The notes under the pieces were generated by a model. The model did not search any database and was not told the origin of the DNA. It saw only the letters and a list, made by a program, of their open reading frames with translations. From positions 1-61,641 of the IMG/VR virus record IMGVR_UViG_3300049893_001527: DNA of 61,641 nucleotides. One strand, given 5' to 3'. The stretch comes from a virus (Duplodnaviria > Caudoviricetes). Positions 1 through 9,937 of this stretch are shown here, one piece after another; positions within the stretch are counted from its first letter, which is position 1, and every line of letters starts with the position of its first letter. A program made the translations under genes and the position numbers.

Positions 1-77
1 ATCTTTTTGCTAATAGATGCCCAAATTGCCGCTAACCGCAATGCTTCTTCTGGCGGCATCGAATTGACACTAAGCAT
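1..77 (-). CDS. Partial hypothetical protein (MLSVNSMPPEEALRLAAIWASISKK...), runs off the left edge
   Basis: ATG overlaps the TAA of the sbcC-like gene (TAATG coupling); frame open to position 1. Confidence 0.5.
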   Translation of the reverse strand, partial: MLSVNSMPPEEALRLAAIWASISKK

Positions 78-2110
78 TATATTATCCTAGATACATCCCC
101 ATTGCATTCTACCTCGATTTGTTTGGTAAACCACTCATTGAAATCAGCAGCGTGATCTACCACCAGCACTATAGCAGACCGCGCGTGCGCCGTCAACAAC
201 CCGACGCACCCCTCTTTGACCGCAGAATCGTGCCCGTCGAACGCTTCATCTAGCATAATCCAAGCGGGCCCCGACCCTACCCTATGCCGGATCACCTTGT
301 TGAGAGCCAAATCTACCGCCAAATCAAGCGACGTAGCCTGTCCACCTGACAGGTTCTCCCGGTCGAACGCCACCCCCGACTTGATAACAATAGGCTTAAT
401 TTCGTTTTTGGCTACCCCCGCTTGGGTAGTTTTAACAGTAGAAAACTGAACAGTAAAGGTATTGGCATTAGACAATTGAGCCAAATAACCATTAGCAGTA
501 ACAGCTATTTCATCTAATAATTCTTGAAAAATCCCACCCAAATACCCTTTGGACAAGGCAATAAAGTCTGTTTCTAAGTCTATTGTGTTTAGATAAGTTT
601 TGATGTTGGCGTCATAATGGTCTAGGACTTGAATTGACTTTTCATAAGCCGCCAATGCTTTATTATAGGCGTCTTTGGCAGCAGCATTAGCCACTATTAC
701 CATTTTGTTTTGCTCAACCCACCAATTTCTAGTACGGTCCAATTCATCTATATGATTAACTAATTTATTACGGTGTTCCCGGCAATCCCTAATACGGTCT
801 TTGAGGGCAGCTAAATTAGACAAATGAGATTCTTTTAGCTTAAGATAATCTGAATCAATTTTGGCCTTAGTCTTTTCCCAATCTGACACAGCCTTTTGAC
901 GCGCTGCGTCGAATTCTTTTTGTCTAGCCTTGGCTTGTGTGAGTTGTGATAGTTCAGGGTATACATGATTTACCATACCAGCTATTTCAGTTTCCAAAGA
1001 CAAAACTTTATTGCCAAAATAATCAGGCTGAACGAGCGTATCCCGTAGCCGGGCAAGTTGTTGCTCATATTGGGCCTTTAAGGCCAATACTTTATCGTCA
1101 TCTATTGCAGAACCACAACTTTGACAAGATTTCTTGGTCTTTAAATTATTTAATTCATTTTCTAATGTATAGTATTGATCTAATTTGGCTTTATTTAATA
1201 CATTTTGATTTTTAACCAAAGCTAATTGTTCCTTGAGTTGAGCCAATTTGTGCCCAACCATTGCCTTTGACCGCTCCAAGGAATCCTGTAGGGATTCTAT
1301 TAGATGTAAATTTTCTTCGCTGGCTTCATCCAACGCAATTGGTGGCGGATAAACCGGTACTGGTACATCCATGATTTTTAATTGATTAAGTTGACGTTCT
1401 AAATCAATCAAATTCTCGTCACAACTACTCATTTCTGTCCGATATTGGCCTTCCAATAAGTCTAATTGTTTAAAATCTTCCACACCCTTGATTAATGATT
1501 TGTCTGTTGGGGGTAGGGGTGGCTCCATTTTAGGTTGGGCCACCTTTAATTTTTGGTAAACCTCTAAGCCACTTTTGGCGGACTCTATGGATTCTTGAGC
1601 TTTGATTATAGCTAACTCGATTTGCTCTAACCCTAGTAATTTACTAAGGAATTCTTTTTTTTCTGAATCCGTCATACTTAAAAAGAAACCCGGTTGTTGC
1701 TGGTAGCGCATAATCAAAGGCTCTACCAAATCCAAAGACATACCAAAAACCGTAGCTATTGCTTCGTTTACCTTAGCAACACTACCACTAATGGTTTGGC
1801 CATTGATGATTACATTAGTGACAGCCCCTCTATTAATAACAACTGGCCCATGACCAGTATCAAGTTCTAGAGTAACTTGCATTTCGGCTTGGGTTTGCTT
1901 GTTGGCGTGCCGCTTGGCATTAGATAACAACCCCAAAGCATACATAATTGCCAACCCGATACTGCTTTTACCCGCACCAGAACTACCACCATTATTACGG
2001 TTATAGCCCTTTATAGCCACTAAGCCATTTTCGGGAAATTCCACGGTATTAACACCAACAAACCCCCTAAAAGCTTGTATGGTTAGCTTTTTTAGCTTAA
2101 TGGTGTTCAT
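77..2110 (-). CDS. SbcC/Rad50/T4 gp46-like SMC-type recombination ATPase
   Basis: N-terminal Walker A (GSSGAGKSS), long coiled coil with central CQSC zinc hook, signature LSGGQ, Walker B MLDEAFD, H-loop VVDH. Confidence 0.92.
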   Translation of the reverse strand: MNTIKLKKLTIQAFRGFVGVNTVEFPENGLVAIKGYNRNNGGSSGAGKSSIGLAIMYALGLLSNAKRHANKQTQAEMQVTLELDTGHGPVVINRGAVTNVIINGQTISGSVAKVNEAIATVFGMSLDLVEPLIMRYQQQPGFFLSMTDSEKKEFLSKLLGLEQIELAIIKAQESIESAKSGLEVYQKLKVAQPKMEPPLPPTDKSLIKGVEDFKQLDLLEGQYRTEMSSCDENLIDLERQLNQLKIMDVPVPVYPPPIALDEASEENLHLIESLQDSLERSKAMVGHKLAQLKEQLALVKNQNVLNKAKLDQYYTLENELNNLKTKKSCQSCGSAIDDDKVLALKAQYEQQLARLRDTLVQPDYFGNKVLSLETEIAGMVNHVYPELSQLTQAKARQKEFDAARQKAVSDWEKTKAKIDSDYLKLKESHLSNLAALKDRIRDCREHRNKLVNHIDELDRTRNWWVEQNKMVIVANAAAKDAYNKALAAYEKSIQVLDHYDANIKTYLNTIDLETDFIALSKGYLGGIFQELLDEIAVTANGYLAQLSNANTFTVQFSTVKTTQAGVAKNEIKPIVIKSGVAFDRENLSGGQATSLDLAVDLALNKVIRHRVGSGPAWIMLDEAFDGHDSAVKEGCVGLLTAHARSAIVLVVDHAADFNEWFTKQIEVECNGDVSRII

Positions 2111-2652
2111 TTAATATTCTTTGGTCTTGCTGGGAATTCGCCAGTACCATAATCACCGCTAATAATTATGGCTAAATGTTTGACTTTTTGACCATCAGCG
2201 GTTTTATCGTGCCATCTAGACTTAAAATCAGCTATAGACAACTTACCGTAACTGTCTGGAATAGATGGGTCCATCAAAATAATGTCTGAGTCATCTATAT
2301 CTACCAATACGCCATAATGGCCATTTTTGAAGTCTTTGGAATATTCTTTTTTGCCGTTTTCGGACCAAGCTTGGTAATTTAAAATAACTGTAATATGTGA
2401 TTCTTTATTAATCAAATCTTCTAGCTTTTCAAAATCATACCCTAAAACCAATTTGGCCTTTAAACCGTACTTTTTGGCCACTTTTACTATATTATTAGGC
2501 ACAGTACCTTTAGTTTTAGTAGTGTCACAAGCAGATTGAATTTCTGGCTCAGAACCATCAAATACTTGCCAATAATACAAACAAGCTGTAAGTGCAGCCG
2601 CACCACAGCTAAAAGACTCAGTTTGTCTAACTATTGGGATAGCAAAACTCAT
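2107..2652 (-). CDS. C39-like cysteine peptidase
   Basis: QTESFSCGAAAL (Q...C nucleophile), GHYGVL (His), MDPS (Asp), F.SRW. Confidence 0.85.
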   Translation of the reverse strand: MSFAIPIVRQTESFSCGAAALTACLYYWQVFDGSEPEIQSACDTTKTKGTVPNNIVKVAKKYGLKAKLVLGYDFEKLEDLINKESHITVILNYQAWSENGKKEYSKDFKNGHYGVLVDIDDSDIILMDPSIPDSYGKLSIADFKSRWHDKTADGQKVKHLAIIISGDYGTGEFPARPKNIK

Positions 2653-2888
2653 TTATCGTATTTCTTGGAATGGTCTTTATATATTTCTTCTGCTTGATAC
2701 AAACGTTCCAGTTTACGAGGCATCCAACCATTGTCTAGGACTTCCATAGTTTGACTGGTAGGAGCCTTGAAAACTCGCTCTAGCACCCCGTCACAGCTAT
2801 CACACTTCGTAGCATCTGTCAAGGGTTTGTCTAATAACAATTTGGTACTGACAGAACATTTATTACAAACATATGTAAATATAGGCAT
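2649..2888 (-). CDS. FmdB-like zinc-ribbon protein
   Basis: MPIFTYVCNKC...CDSCDG.LER pattern. Confidence 0.75.
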   Translation of the reverse strand: MPIFTYVCNKCSVSTKLLLDKPLTDATKCDSCDGVLERVFKAPTSQTMEVLDNGWMPRKLERLYQAEEIYKDHSKKYDK

Positions 2889-2889
2889 A

Positions 2890-3186
2890 TTATACCGCCA
2901 AAGTCATACCGATTAACATAAATACTAGGGCTAAAGCTTGTTTCATGGTAGGCTCATTCCCCAACAACACAAAAGTACCAAACCAAGTAATAGTATAAAC
3001 TAAATCAAACACTAAACTCATAGTCCATGGATTAATATTTTGCTTAGTCATCCAAGCCCAAACACTTGCGGAAAATATAGTGGAGACAAATGGCCAAGCC
3101 CAACTATATCCTTGGATAGACCAATTACTAGTTACTGAACCCGCTATACCCGCTATCGACACCAAAACTATACATAACCATATCAT
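2890..3186 (-). CDS. Small 4-TM membrane protein, DMT/SMR(EamA)-like
   Basis: 98 aa, four hydrophobic segments, C-terminal LGNEPT..QAL.L...LIG typical of DMT proteins. Confidence 0.55.
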   Translation of the reverse strand: MIWLCIVLVSIAGIAGSVTSNWSIQGYSWAWPFVSTIFSASVWAWMTKQNINPWTMSLVFDLVYTITWFGTFVLLGNEPTMKQALALVFMLIGMTLAV

Positions 3187-4907
3187 TGCATACCCGCCAA
3201 ATCCACCATCGCACTCGCTTCGCTTCGCTCTAAGATTTCATCTCTAGGGAAAACTATTGCCCCACCCAAAGTACCCAACAACGCCGCAATAGATATACTA
3301 TTACGGATAGCTTCGGCTACAGCAGGCATTGAATCCACTACGCCTAATTGTTCGACTGTACCAAATTCTCGACGCAATGCGTCATAAACCTTATCGTGGT
3401 TTATAATTTCCGACATTACGTGTTCTATGTCATTGGTAGTACAACCAGTATTTAATAACAATACCTCAACTGGTTCTTGGAATGCCTTAGCCAATATTTC
3501 TGTCGCTGGCCCCTTATCGGCTAATTCATTAAACAAAAGGTCCGATAATTTCAACAACATCCAGCCACCACCGGGTAATACCCCAAACTTAATAGCACCC
3601 CGGACAGCACAAGCCGCATCTTCCGCTCGGTCGCGCTTTTCCCTGACTTCTCCGGTACTTGGCCCACTAATGGTTAGTTTGGCAATACCACCACTTAGCT
3701 TCCCTATACGTTCTTTTAGTATAGTTTCTTCCAACATAGAGCCCTGACCTAATTGGGCCTTTAGTTCTTCTACTCTATTTATTACTGCATTGGAATCAGA
3801 ATGACCTACGACATTTGACCGATAGCGGCTAGCTTCAAAATAATCCAACTTTGGCCCTAATTGTTCCAAAGTGCCTCGTTCCATTGGATTACCCAATGCG
3901 TCAAAGATTTTACTACCGGTTACTGCTGCCAAATCTTCTAATACATTTTGTAGGCCAGAATGTATTGGTGACTTTGGAATTACCATTGGGTAAACTCTAA
4001 TGGTTTCACCACGGTCTGCCGCAGTCCAATTAGCTGCCAAATTACCTAATACTGTTTCACTAAAATCAAAAGCTACCAAAACTACATTTTTAATCGCATC
4101 GGAGTCCCCGGATTCAAACTTAGATCCAATTTGATGCATTAATGGCAAAATCATAGACATATCTGTAATCGAACCGAAAAATAGTACGAATACAGGGGAT
4201 TCCAGATATACCCGTTGGTTAGTCTTATCGTTTACGAAAACGCTATAAAATCTCTTACAAGCATCTTCGTAACCAGAATTCAAAGGATAGCCCTTTAGTA
4301 GTTCAACTTCGTATCCACTAGGGCCAGATTTTTCAGTTAGGGTGACATTACCGTCATCCCCAGCCAAATCAAAACATTTCATTATAGCTGTAGCCAGTTC
4401 GGTATCACCGTTGGCTGAACAAGTGGCTACTTGTTTTAATAAAGTAGGATTAGGAGTCAGAACAGATTGCTCAATTTGAGGCAAAATGTGTTCTTTGAAT
4501 AGGGATTCTAGTTCTCTAACCACACGTTGAGGGGAATATTGTGGGTGTGCTTGACAGAATTCGTGTGTGTGGCGTACTATGGCTTCTGCCAAAATGGTTG
4601 CGGTAGTGGTGCCGTCCCCGGCTTCTTGGGCTGTACGGACAGCAGCATCCCTAGCAGCTTCCATTATGGCATGACGCACCGCGTCTTGAAATCCCAAAGC
4701 TTTAAATACAGTTACACCATCCTTGGTAATAAGGTTAGGTAAACCGTATTCTTGTCGCTCTATTAATACTTGTGATCCACCCGGTCCTAGAGTAGATCCT
4801 ACTATGGTAGATATATCCTTCATAGTAGATAATACTTTTTCTGCTAATATTTTCCCTTTAGGGAGGGTAATTTTAGAAACTGATTTAACTTTCTTATAAG
4901 AAGTCAT
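3183..4907 (-). CDS. groEL: Phage GroEL-like chaperonin (Cpn60)
   Basis: TLGPGG, ITKDGVTV, AGDGTTTA, ERIGKLSGG, EKRDRAEDA, GVLPGGG; divergent, with no C-terminal GGM tail. Confidence 0.95.
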   Translation of the reverse strand: MTSYKKVKSVSKITLPKGKILAEKVLSTMKDISTIVGSTLGPGGSQVLIERQEYGLPNLITKDGVTVFKALGFQDAVRHAIMEAARDAAVRTAQEAGDGTTTATILAEAIVRHTHEFCQAHPQYSPQRVVRELESLFKEHILPQIEQSVLTPNPTLLKQVATCSANGDTELATAIMKCFDLAGDDGNVTLTEKSGPSGYEVELLKGYPLNSGYEDACKRFYSVFVNDKTNQRVYLESPVFVLFFGSITDMSMILPLMHQIGSKFESGDSDAIKNVVLVAFDFSETVLGNLAANWTAADRGETIRVYPMVIPKSPIHSGLQNVLEDLAAVTGSKIFDALGNPMERGTLEQLGPKLDYFEASRYRSNVVGHSDSNAVINRVEELKAQLGQGSMLEETILKERIGKLSGGIAKLTISGPSTGEVREKRDRAEDAACAVRGAIKFGVLPGGGWMLLKLSDLLFNELADKGPATEILAKAFQEPVEVLLLNTGCTTNDIEHVMSEIINHDKVYDALRREFGTVEQLGVVDSMPAVAEAIRNSISIAALLGTLGGAIVFPRDEILERSEASAMVDLAGMQ

Positions 4908-5056
4908 ATTTATTTAAATCCTTTAAGTTAAAATAAGTTGGCCCACAATAATTATTTAATTAAATAATCAGTAGTTAGCCTACTACGATCTACTTAGATC
5001 CATACTGATTTTTTGTTGGGTTTTGATTTCTAGTTGGCCAATATTGGCTAAGATCG

Positions 5057-5085
5057 ATTATAGCGTGTTCACAACCGGGTGTCAA
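5057..5085 (-). promoter_or_regulatory. sigma70-type early promoter for the leftward (groEL) operon
   Basis: Minus strand reads TTGACA-cccggttgtgaacacgc(17)-TATAAT, a perfect consensus. Confidence 0.9.
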
Positions 5086-5101
5086 GCGCAAAATTTTCGC
5101 G

Positions 5102-5130
5102 TTGACAGCCCGCCGAAGTCCTGCTATAAT
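5102..5130 (+). promoter_or_regulatory. sigma70-type early promoter for the rightward operon
   Basis: TTGACA-N17-TATAAT with extended TG (TGcTATAAT). Confidence 0.9.
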
Positions 5131-5159
5131 GAAATCCAACATTGGCCAAAGGAAATCAA

Positions 5160-5774
5160 ATGTTAATCGGATTTTTAGGTTGCCCTAATTCTGGCAAAAC
5201 TACTGTAGCTGCTAAAGTATATGCTAGTTTAAAAGATGATGGTTTATTGGCTGAATTCATACCAGAACAAGCCAGAACTTATATTGCAGAAAAAAGAAAG
5301 CGTAAGCCAATAATAGAACTAACAGATGATGATCAAAATAAAATAGCATCAGCCCAAACCTATGCTGAATTCTTATTTGATGAATCAGGAACCATAGTAG
5401 TAACTGATTCTTCTACAGTCAATACAGGACTTTATGTTAATAATCCACAAAACGCAGAATGCAGATTTAGGACAATAGTCAACTACGACATATTGTTTTT
5501 GTGCCCCCCTATTTACGAGTTTTTCATAGACCCAAACCGGGTACATTCTAGGGAACAGTCTTTGGCTTTGCATGATAAATTAATGAATTACTTAACTAGC
5601 AATAATATACCAATATTGGATCCAGACAATTTCGATCAAGCAGTATTTGGCAAAATGGGCAATATCTTTAGGGTAAATGGAAATTCGGACACGCGAATGC
5701 GCCAAGCCCTAAAGGTTATCCATTATGCTTATTTTAGAAACACCGACCAAACTAAGGATTCATCCAAAGGATGA
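5160..5774 (+). CDS. P-loop nucleotide kinase / NadR-like (AAA_28) ATPase
   Basis: GCPNSGKTT, EFIPEQARTYI, TDSS, YDILFLCP; ATG 5160 follows AAGGA. Confidence 0.75.
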   Translation: MLIGFLGCPNSGKTTVAAKVYASLKDDGLLAEFIPEQARTYIAEKRKRKPIIELTDDDQNKIASAQTYAEFLFDESGTIVVTDSSTVNTGLYVNNPQNAECRFRTIVNYDILFLCPPIYEFFIDPNRVHSREQSLALHDKLMNYLTSNNIPILDPDNFDQAVFGKMGNIFRVNGNSDTRMRQALKVIHYAYFRNTDQTKDSSKG

Positions 5775-7212
5775 ACAAATCCCTAAGTTACGTCAATTAT
5801 TGACTTATAGAGATTTGACTTTGGTTGGTGAATACCAACGCTTCAAAAAAGCAGTTTGGTTTGCCAATAAATATGGCAGACAAGCTTTTTATGAGGAACT
5901 AGAAAGAAAGAAAAATGCAATCAACGTTTGTTTACTTATGGAAGACGATAAAGGCTATTGGACTTATAGTGGTTTGTCTAATCGGTTATCTAATGAATTC
6001 AAATTACCGGTGGATAGCCTTGTCACTTATCCTGAACCCAAGCTTATACCTTGGGCTAGGGTGCCTACTATTGAACCCCGACCTTATCAATTAGTTAGCA
6101 AGGATAACTTAATAGAAATCCGACACGGGGGGGTAGAAATAGGGACTGGCCTAGGGAAATCCTTTATTATTTTAAACCTAATCAAGCATTATGGGCTACC
6201 TACGGTAGTAATGGCCCCTAGTCGGTCTATTGCTTGGCAGTTATACGATGAATTTGTAGACAAATTTGGTAAAAACAAGGTAGGTTTGTTTGGGGATGGT
6301 AAAAAGCAACTAGGCAAACTAATCACCGTTGGTATAGCGGCTAGTTTAGCCCGGGTCAAGCCGGGGACGGCTGAATTTGCCCACTTGGCATCAGCCACGG
6401 TCTTTATAGCAGACGAGTCCCACTTGTGTCCAGCGGAGACTTTGGCACAAGTTTGTTTTGGGGTTTGTGCTAATGCGCCTTACAGGTTTTTCTTCTCAGG
6501 CACCCAATTTAGAAATGACGGGGCCGATTTATTATTAGAAGGCATAACTAATAAAATAGTTTATCATATGACGGTCAAGGAGGGGGTAGACCAAGGGTAT
6601 TTGGCCAAACCGAAGTTTAAGGTCATTACCGTAGAGTCACCCTCTAATAAAACAAACTTAGAATACCAAGAATTCGTTGACGAACATTTCTACAAGAATA
6701 AATTAATTAATCAAAAAGCAGCCAATTTGGCCAATTTGGCCGTAGAACAACTAAACCACCAAGTATTAATACTAGTAGAACACATAGAACAGTTCCAATA
6801 CCTATTACCCTACTTTAAATATGAAGTGGGCTTTGCTCATGGTGGCGCTACACAATCCAATAAGCAGTTTTTGCCGCCAGAATACCATAAGTCAGACCCT
6901 AATGCCCTAGTTGAACGTTTTAATAAGGGTGATCTTAAAATATTAGTTGGCACTAGTTGTATTTCAACTGGCACAGACCTTAAACCAGTAGGTACTTTAA
7001 TTAATTTGCAAGCTGGAACGTCGGAAATCAAAATTAGACAAGCCATAGGTAGAGGTACGAGAAAAGTTGCAGATAAGGTATATTTTAATTATGTTGATTT
7101 TTGTGTAACCGTTAATGGTTTAGCGGATTCTGACAACATATTAGTACGGCATTGCCTGTCTCGGGTCCGTACTTATCGTGACGTTTATGACACCGTAGAA
7201 TGGATAAGCTAA
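5725..7212 (+). CDS. SF2 DNA helicase, UvsW-like
   Basis: RPYQ, TGLGKS, DESH, SGT, STGTD, RQAIGRGTR. Confidence 0.9.
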   Translation: MLILETPTKLRIHPKDEQIPKLRQLLTYRDLTLVGEYQRFKKAVWFANKYGRQAFYEELERKKNAINVCLLMEDDKGYWTYSGLSNRLSNEFKLPVDSLVTYPEPKLIPWARVPTIEPRPYQLVSKDNLIEIRHGGVEIGTGLGKSFIILNLIKHYGLPTVVMAPSRSIAWQLYDEFVDKFGKNKVGLFGDGKKQLGKLITVGIAASLARVKPGTAEFAHLASATVFIADESHLCPAETLAQVCFGVCANAPYRFFFSGTQFRNDGADLLLEGITNKIVYHMTVKEGVDQGYLAKPKFKVITVESPSNKTNLEYQEFVDEHFYKNKLINQKAANLANLAVEQLNHQVLILVEHIEQFQYLLPYFKYEVGFAHGGATQSNKQFLPPEYHKSDPNALVERFNKGDLKILVGTSCISTGTDLKPVGTLINLQAGTSEIKIRQAIGRGTRKVADKVYFNYVDFCVTVNGLADSDNILVRHCLSRVRTYRDVYDTVEWIS

Positions 7213-8223
7213 ATGAAACAATGGAATTCAGGTATTTTTAAACAATTCGCTATTGATTTAAGTAGGATTATACAATCATACGGTAAAAAGCCAGCCAAAG
7301 CGGATTTTGATAAAGTACAACAAAAGCAAGTAGAGGAAATGGTTGCGGCTGAAACAGCTTTTAGGGAAGCATTAATTAAATCTTCGGTAGGGGAGGAAGT
7401 TTACCAACGGTTTATGGATTATGTGTTGTCTGAAAAGGGTAATATATTAGCTGCCAGACCATATTTTAGAGAACGCCAAGTCACCTACAGGGATACTATA
7501 GCGGCGGCATTTAAGGCCAAAGACCCTAAAGGTTTGTTTCCGTACCATATCAACTACCATTTTATTCAATTAGCTATTAAGACCGGTTTATTAAATAAAG
7601 GTCTATTGAAATTAGCCAAAAAGGCTGAACTTAAGCGGCAACTGCTGATTGAACTCAATATGCCTTTGGCTTTGTCAAGAGTTAAGTTATTTAGTAAGAA
7701 TAAACCAGCTAAACACTTGGATTATATGGATTTAGTGCAATCTGCTGTTGAGGGACTAGTAGCCGCTATAGACAAATTCGTACTCCCTTATACACCCGTG
7801 TTTAGGTCTGTTATCATAGGGCGGGTAACTGGCCAACTAATAAAAGATTATTCGGAAACGGTATTGCATTTTTACCCTTCCGACAAACGTAAAATATATA
7901 GGGCCAATATTGCTCGTAAGAAAGCCGGGGTGACCCCGGAGCAATTAGCCGAATTTGTTAATAGTTTAGAAAAAAACGATAATTTCACGGATGCAGATGA
8001 AATCAGCAAGCTACTAGAAGCCGTAGACCATTTATCGTTAGATATGCCTATTGACGCTGGGGAAGATCCAGACGACTTGGGGGAATTTGAAGCACCAGAC
8101 GATTGTAGACCAGACAATCAATTTGAAAATGAAGAACTTAAATACAAATTATATGATGGGATTTCTAAATTAAATGTTTTTCAACAAAAATTGCTTAAAT
8201 TAAAGGGTTTAGCAATAAAATAA
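7213..8223 (+). CDS. Phage sigma70-family sigma factor, truncated in region 4 (probable late sigma)
   Basis: Region 2 (LIELNMPL...DLVQSAVEGLVAAIDKF), region 3 LSLDMPI; ends after region 4.1 (ISKLNVFQQKLLKLKGL) with no 4.2 HTH. Confidence 0.8.
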   Translation: MKQWNSGIFKQFAIDLSRIIQSYGKKPAKADFDKVQQKQVEEMVAAETAFREALIKSSVGEEVYQRFMDYVLSEKGNILAARPYFRERQVTYRDTIAAAFKAKDPKGLFPYHINYHFIQLAIKTGLLNKGLLKLAKKAELKRQLLIELNMPLALSRVKLFSKNKPAKHLDYMDLVQSAVEGLVAAIDKFVLPYTPVFRSVIIGRVTGQLIKDYSETVLHFYPSDKRKIYRANIARKKAGVTPEQLAEFVNSLEKNDNFTDADEISKLLEAVDHLSLDMPIDAGEDPDDLGEFEAPDDCRPDNQFENEELKYKLYDGISKLNVFQQKLLKLKGLAIK

Positions 8224-8233
8224 GGTAATTACA

Positions 8234-8659
8234 ATGATAACTCTAAATAAATTAATTGCTTGTAAGCCATTTAAAGAAGTAGCTATTAAAACTAAGATAG
8301 AAAAGGGGTTTGGTGGTATCGAACAGAAGCAATCCCTGATTTCAACAGAGGTTTTGCTTAGTTTTTTTGGTGATCATAACCTCGTTTTTACGCCCGGCGA
8401 TACCGTTTGGTTGTATGGCGATGCACTATCCCATCACGTATGGTCCCGAAAAGTGTATAATGTGGACAACTTAGAATTTATATTGATTCCTTTTGAATCA
8501 ATTGTAATGTGCAAACACCTACCCGTAACGAGTGATTTAGCGCCGCCTGTAGGTAGCCCATGGCGAGTTACAAACCCATTACCACCGTATACCGTAGGTG
8601 ATCCTGCGCCATATATTATCACTTGTGGGACAAGCACAACGGAACCAACCGATAAATAA
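8234..8659 (+). CDS. Putative GroES/gp31-like co-chaperonin with Pro-rich C-terminal tail
   Basis: Residues 1-95 follow the Cpn10 pattern: LNKLIACK, mobile loop KTKIEKGFGG, EV, PGDTV, VDNLEFILIPFESIV. Confidence 0.55.
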   Translation: MITLNKLIACKPFKEVAIKTKIEKGFGGIEQKQSLISTEVLLSFFGDHNLVFTPGDTVWLYGDALSHHVWSRKVYNVDNLEFILIPFESIVMCKHLPVTSDLAPPVGSPWRVTNPLPPYTVGDPAPYIITCGTSTTEPTDK

Positions 8660-8660
8660 T

Positions 8661-9644
8661 ATGCGCCCATACTTAATAATAGGTGATGTTCATGCGACTC
8701 CTAGCGAACTCAATGATTGCTGGGAACTCATGCATTATATTAATCAAATAGCAATTGAACATAAAGTACATGGCATAGTATTTTTGGGTGACCAATACCA
8801 CACGCACTCTATTATCCACTTAGAAGTACAGGATTTCTGGCGTAAAGCCCTAGAATACCTCAAGGAACCTACTTGTAATACTATTTGTTTGGTTGGAAAC
8901 CACGATATGTCTGGCGTCAAGGAATCCAAAGTATCGGCTATGGACGTACATGACCAATTGGCCTTTATTATTAATAAACCAACTTGTTTAGATGGTATAT
9001 TATATATACCTTATATGGCAGACACACAGGAATTCATCAGGGTGTGTCAAAAATACCACACCGACTACCCCGAAGTTAAAATAGTAGTTTGCCACCAAGA
9101 ATTCAATGGGGCCAATATGGGTGGTATGTATTCCAAAGAAGGCATTGACATTAATCAAATCCCGCAAGCTATTATAGTGTCTGGTCATATTCATGCCAAG
9201 CAACAATTGGATAAAGTATTTTACCCGGGTAGTCCGCGTTGGCGGACTTTGGCAGATGCTAACGAACATAAGTCAATAGTTTTAATGGATTTTTATAGTG
9301 GTACTGTAATTAAGGAATTTCCAACCGATAAGGTATGCAAAAAAGTAATAGTACACGAATCACACGAATCACAGCCCCTAGAACATACCTTAGACCCCCA
9401 CACCGACACCACCATTAAAATATTTGGTTCAGCCAAGTTTTGTGAATCTGAGGCGGAACGCTGGAAGGCATTAGGGGCTAAAGTTAAGGTATTTGTGGAC
9501 CAAGTAACGGTTGCGACTATTAAAGAATCAGATGGGCTCAGTACGTCTTTTTATAAATATTGGCAAAAATATCAACCGCCACGCCAATCTTTAAAGGAGC
9601 AACTATGGAAACTGGCACAGAATCGGATAAGCTGGTTAGGGTAA
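8661..9644 (+). CDS. SbcD/Mre11/gp47-like metallophosphoesterase nuclease
   Basis: GDVH, LGDQYH, GNHD, CHQE, SGHIH, YPGSP motifs; start moved to ATG 8661. Confidence 0.88.
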   Translation: MRPYLIIGDVHATPSELNDCWELMHYINQIAIEHKVHGIVFLGDQYHTHSIIHLEVQDFWRKALEYLKEPTCNTICLVGNHDMSGVKESKVSAMDVHDQLAFIINKPTCLDGILYIPYMADTQEFIRVCQKYHTDYPEVKIVVCHQEFNGANMGGMYSKEGIDINQIPQAIIVSGHIHAKQQLDKVFYPGSPRWRTLADANEHKSIVLMDFYSGTVIKEFPTDKVCKKVIVHESHESQPLEHTLDPHTDTTIKIFGSAKFCESEAERWKALGAKVKVFVDQVTVATIKESDGLSTSFYKYWQKYQPPRQSLKEQLWKLAQNRISWLG

Positions 9645-9937
9645 AGGAAGTCCGTGCTCAACTTAGGGAATTCACTAAACTTACCGGTGGGTTACACGAA
9701 TACCAAGTACAACACTTAAAAATGTGGCCTTTGGTGTTTTTTGGGTATAATGAGTCAGAATGTCATTTCGATTATGAAGCCAAAGAACTAACGTTTTTCT
9801 TAGCCAAAAACCAAGAAAACCTCGCTAAACGCATTATGGCGGTTCGTTTTAAAGAATTTGTTAAAGCAATTAAAGAATTAATAGGGGATTACAAAGTAAT
9901 AGTTCGTACCAACAAGAAAGTATTGTATGAGTCCTGA
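9605..9937 (+). CDS. Hypothetical protein
   Basis: ATG after AAGGAG; overlaps both neighbours within the operon. Confidence 0.6.
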   Translation: METGTESDKLVRVKEVRAQLREFTKLTGGLHEYQVQHLKMWPLVFFGYNESECHFDYEAKELTFFLAKNQENLAKRIMAVRFKEFVKAIKELIGDYKVIVRTNKKVLYES

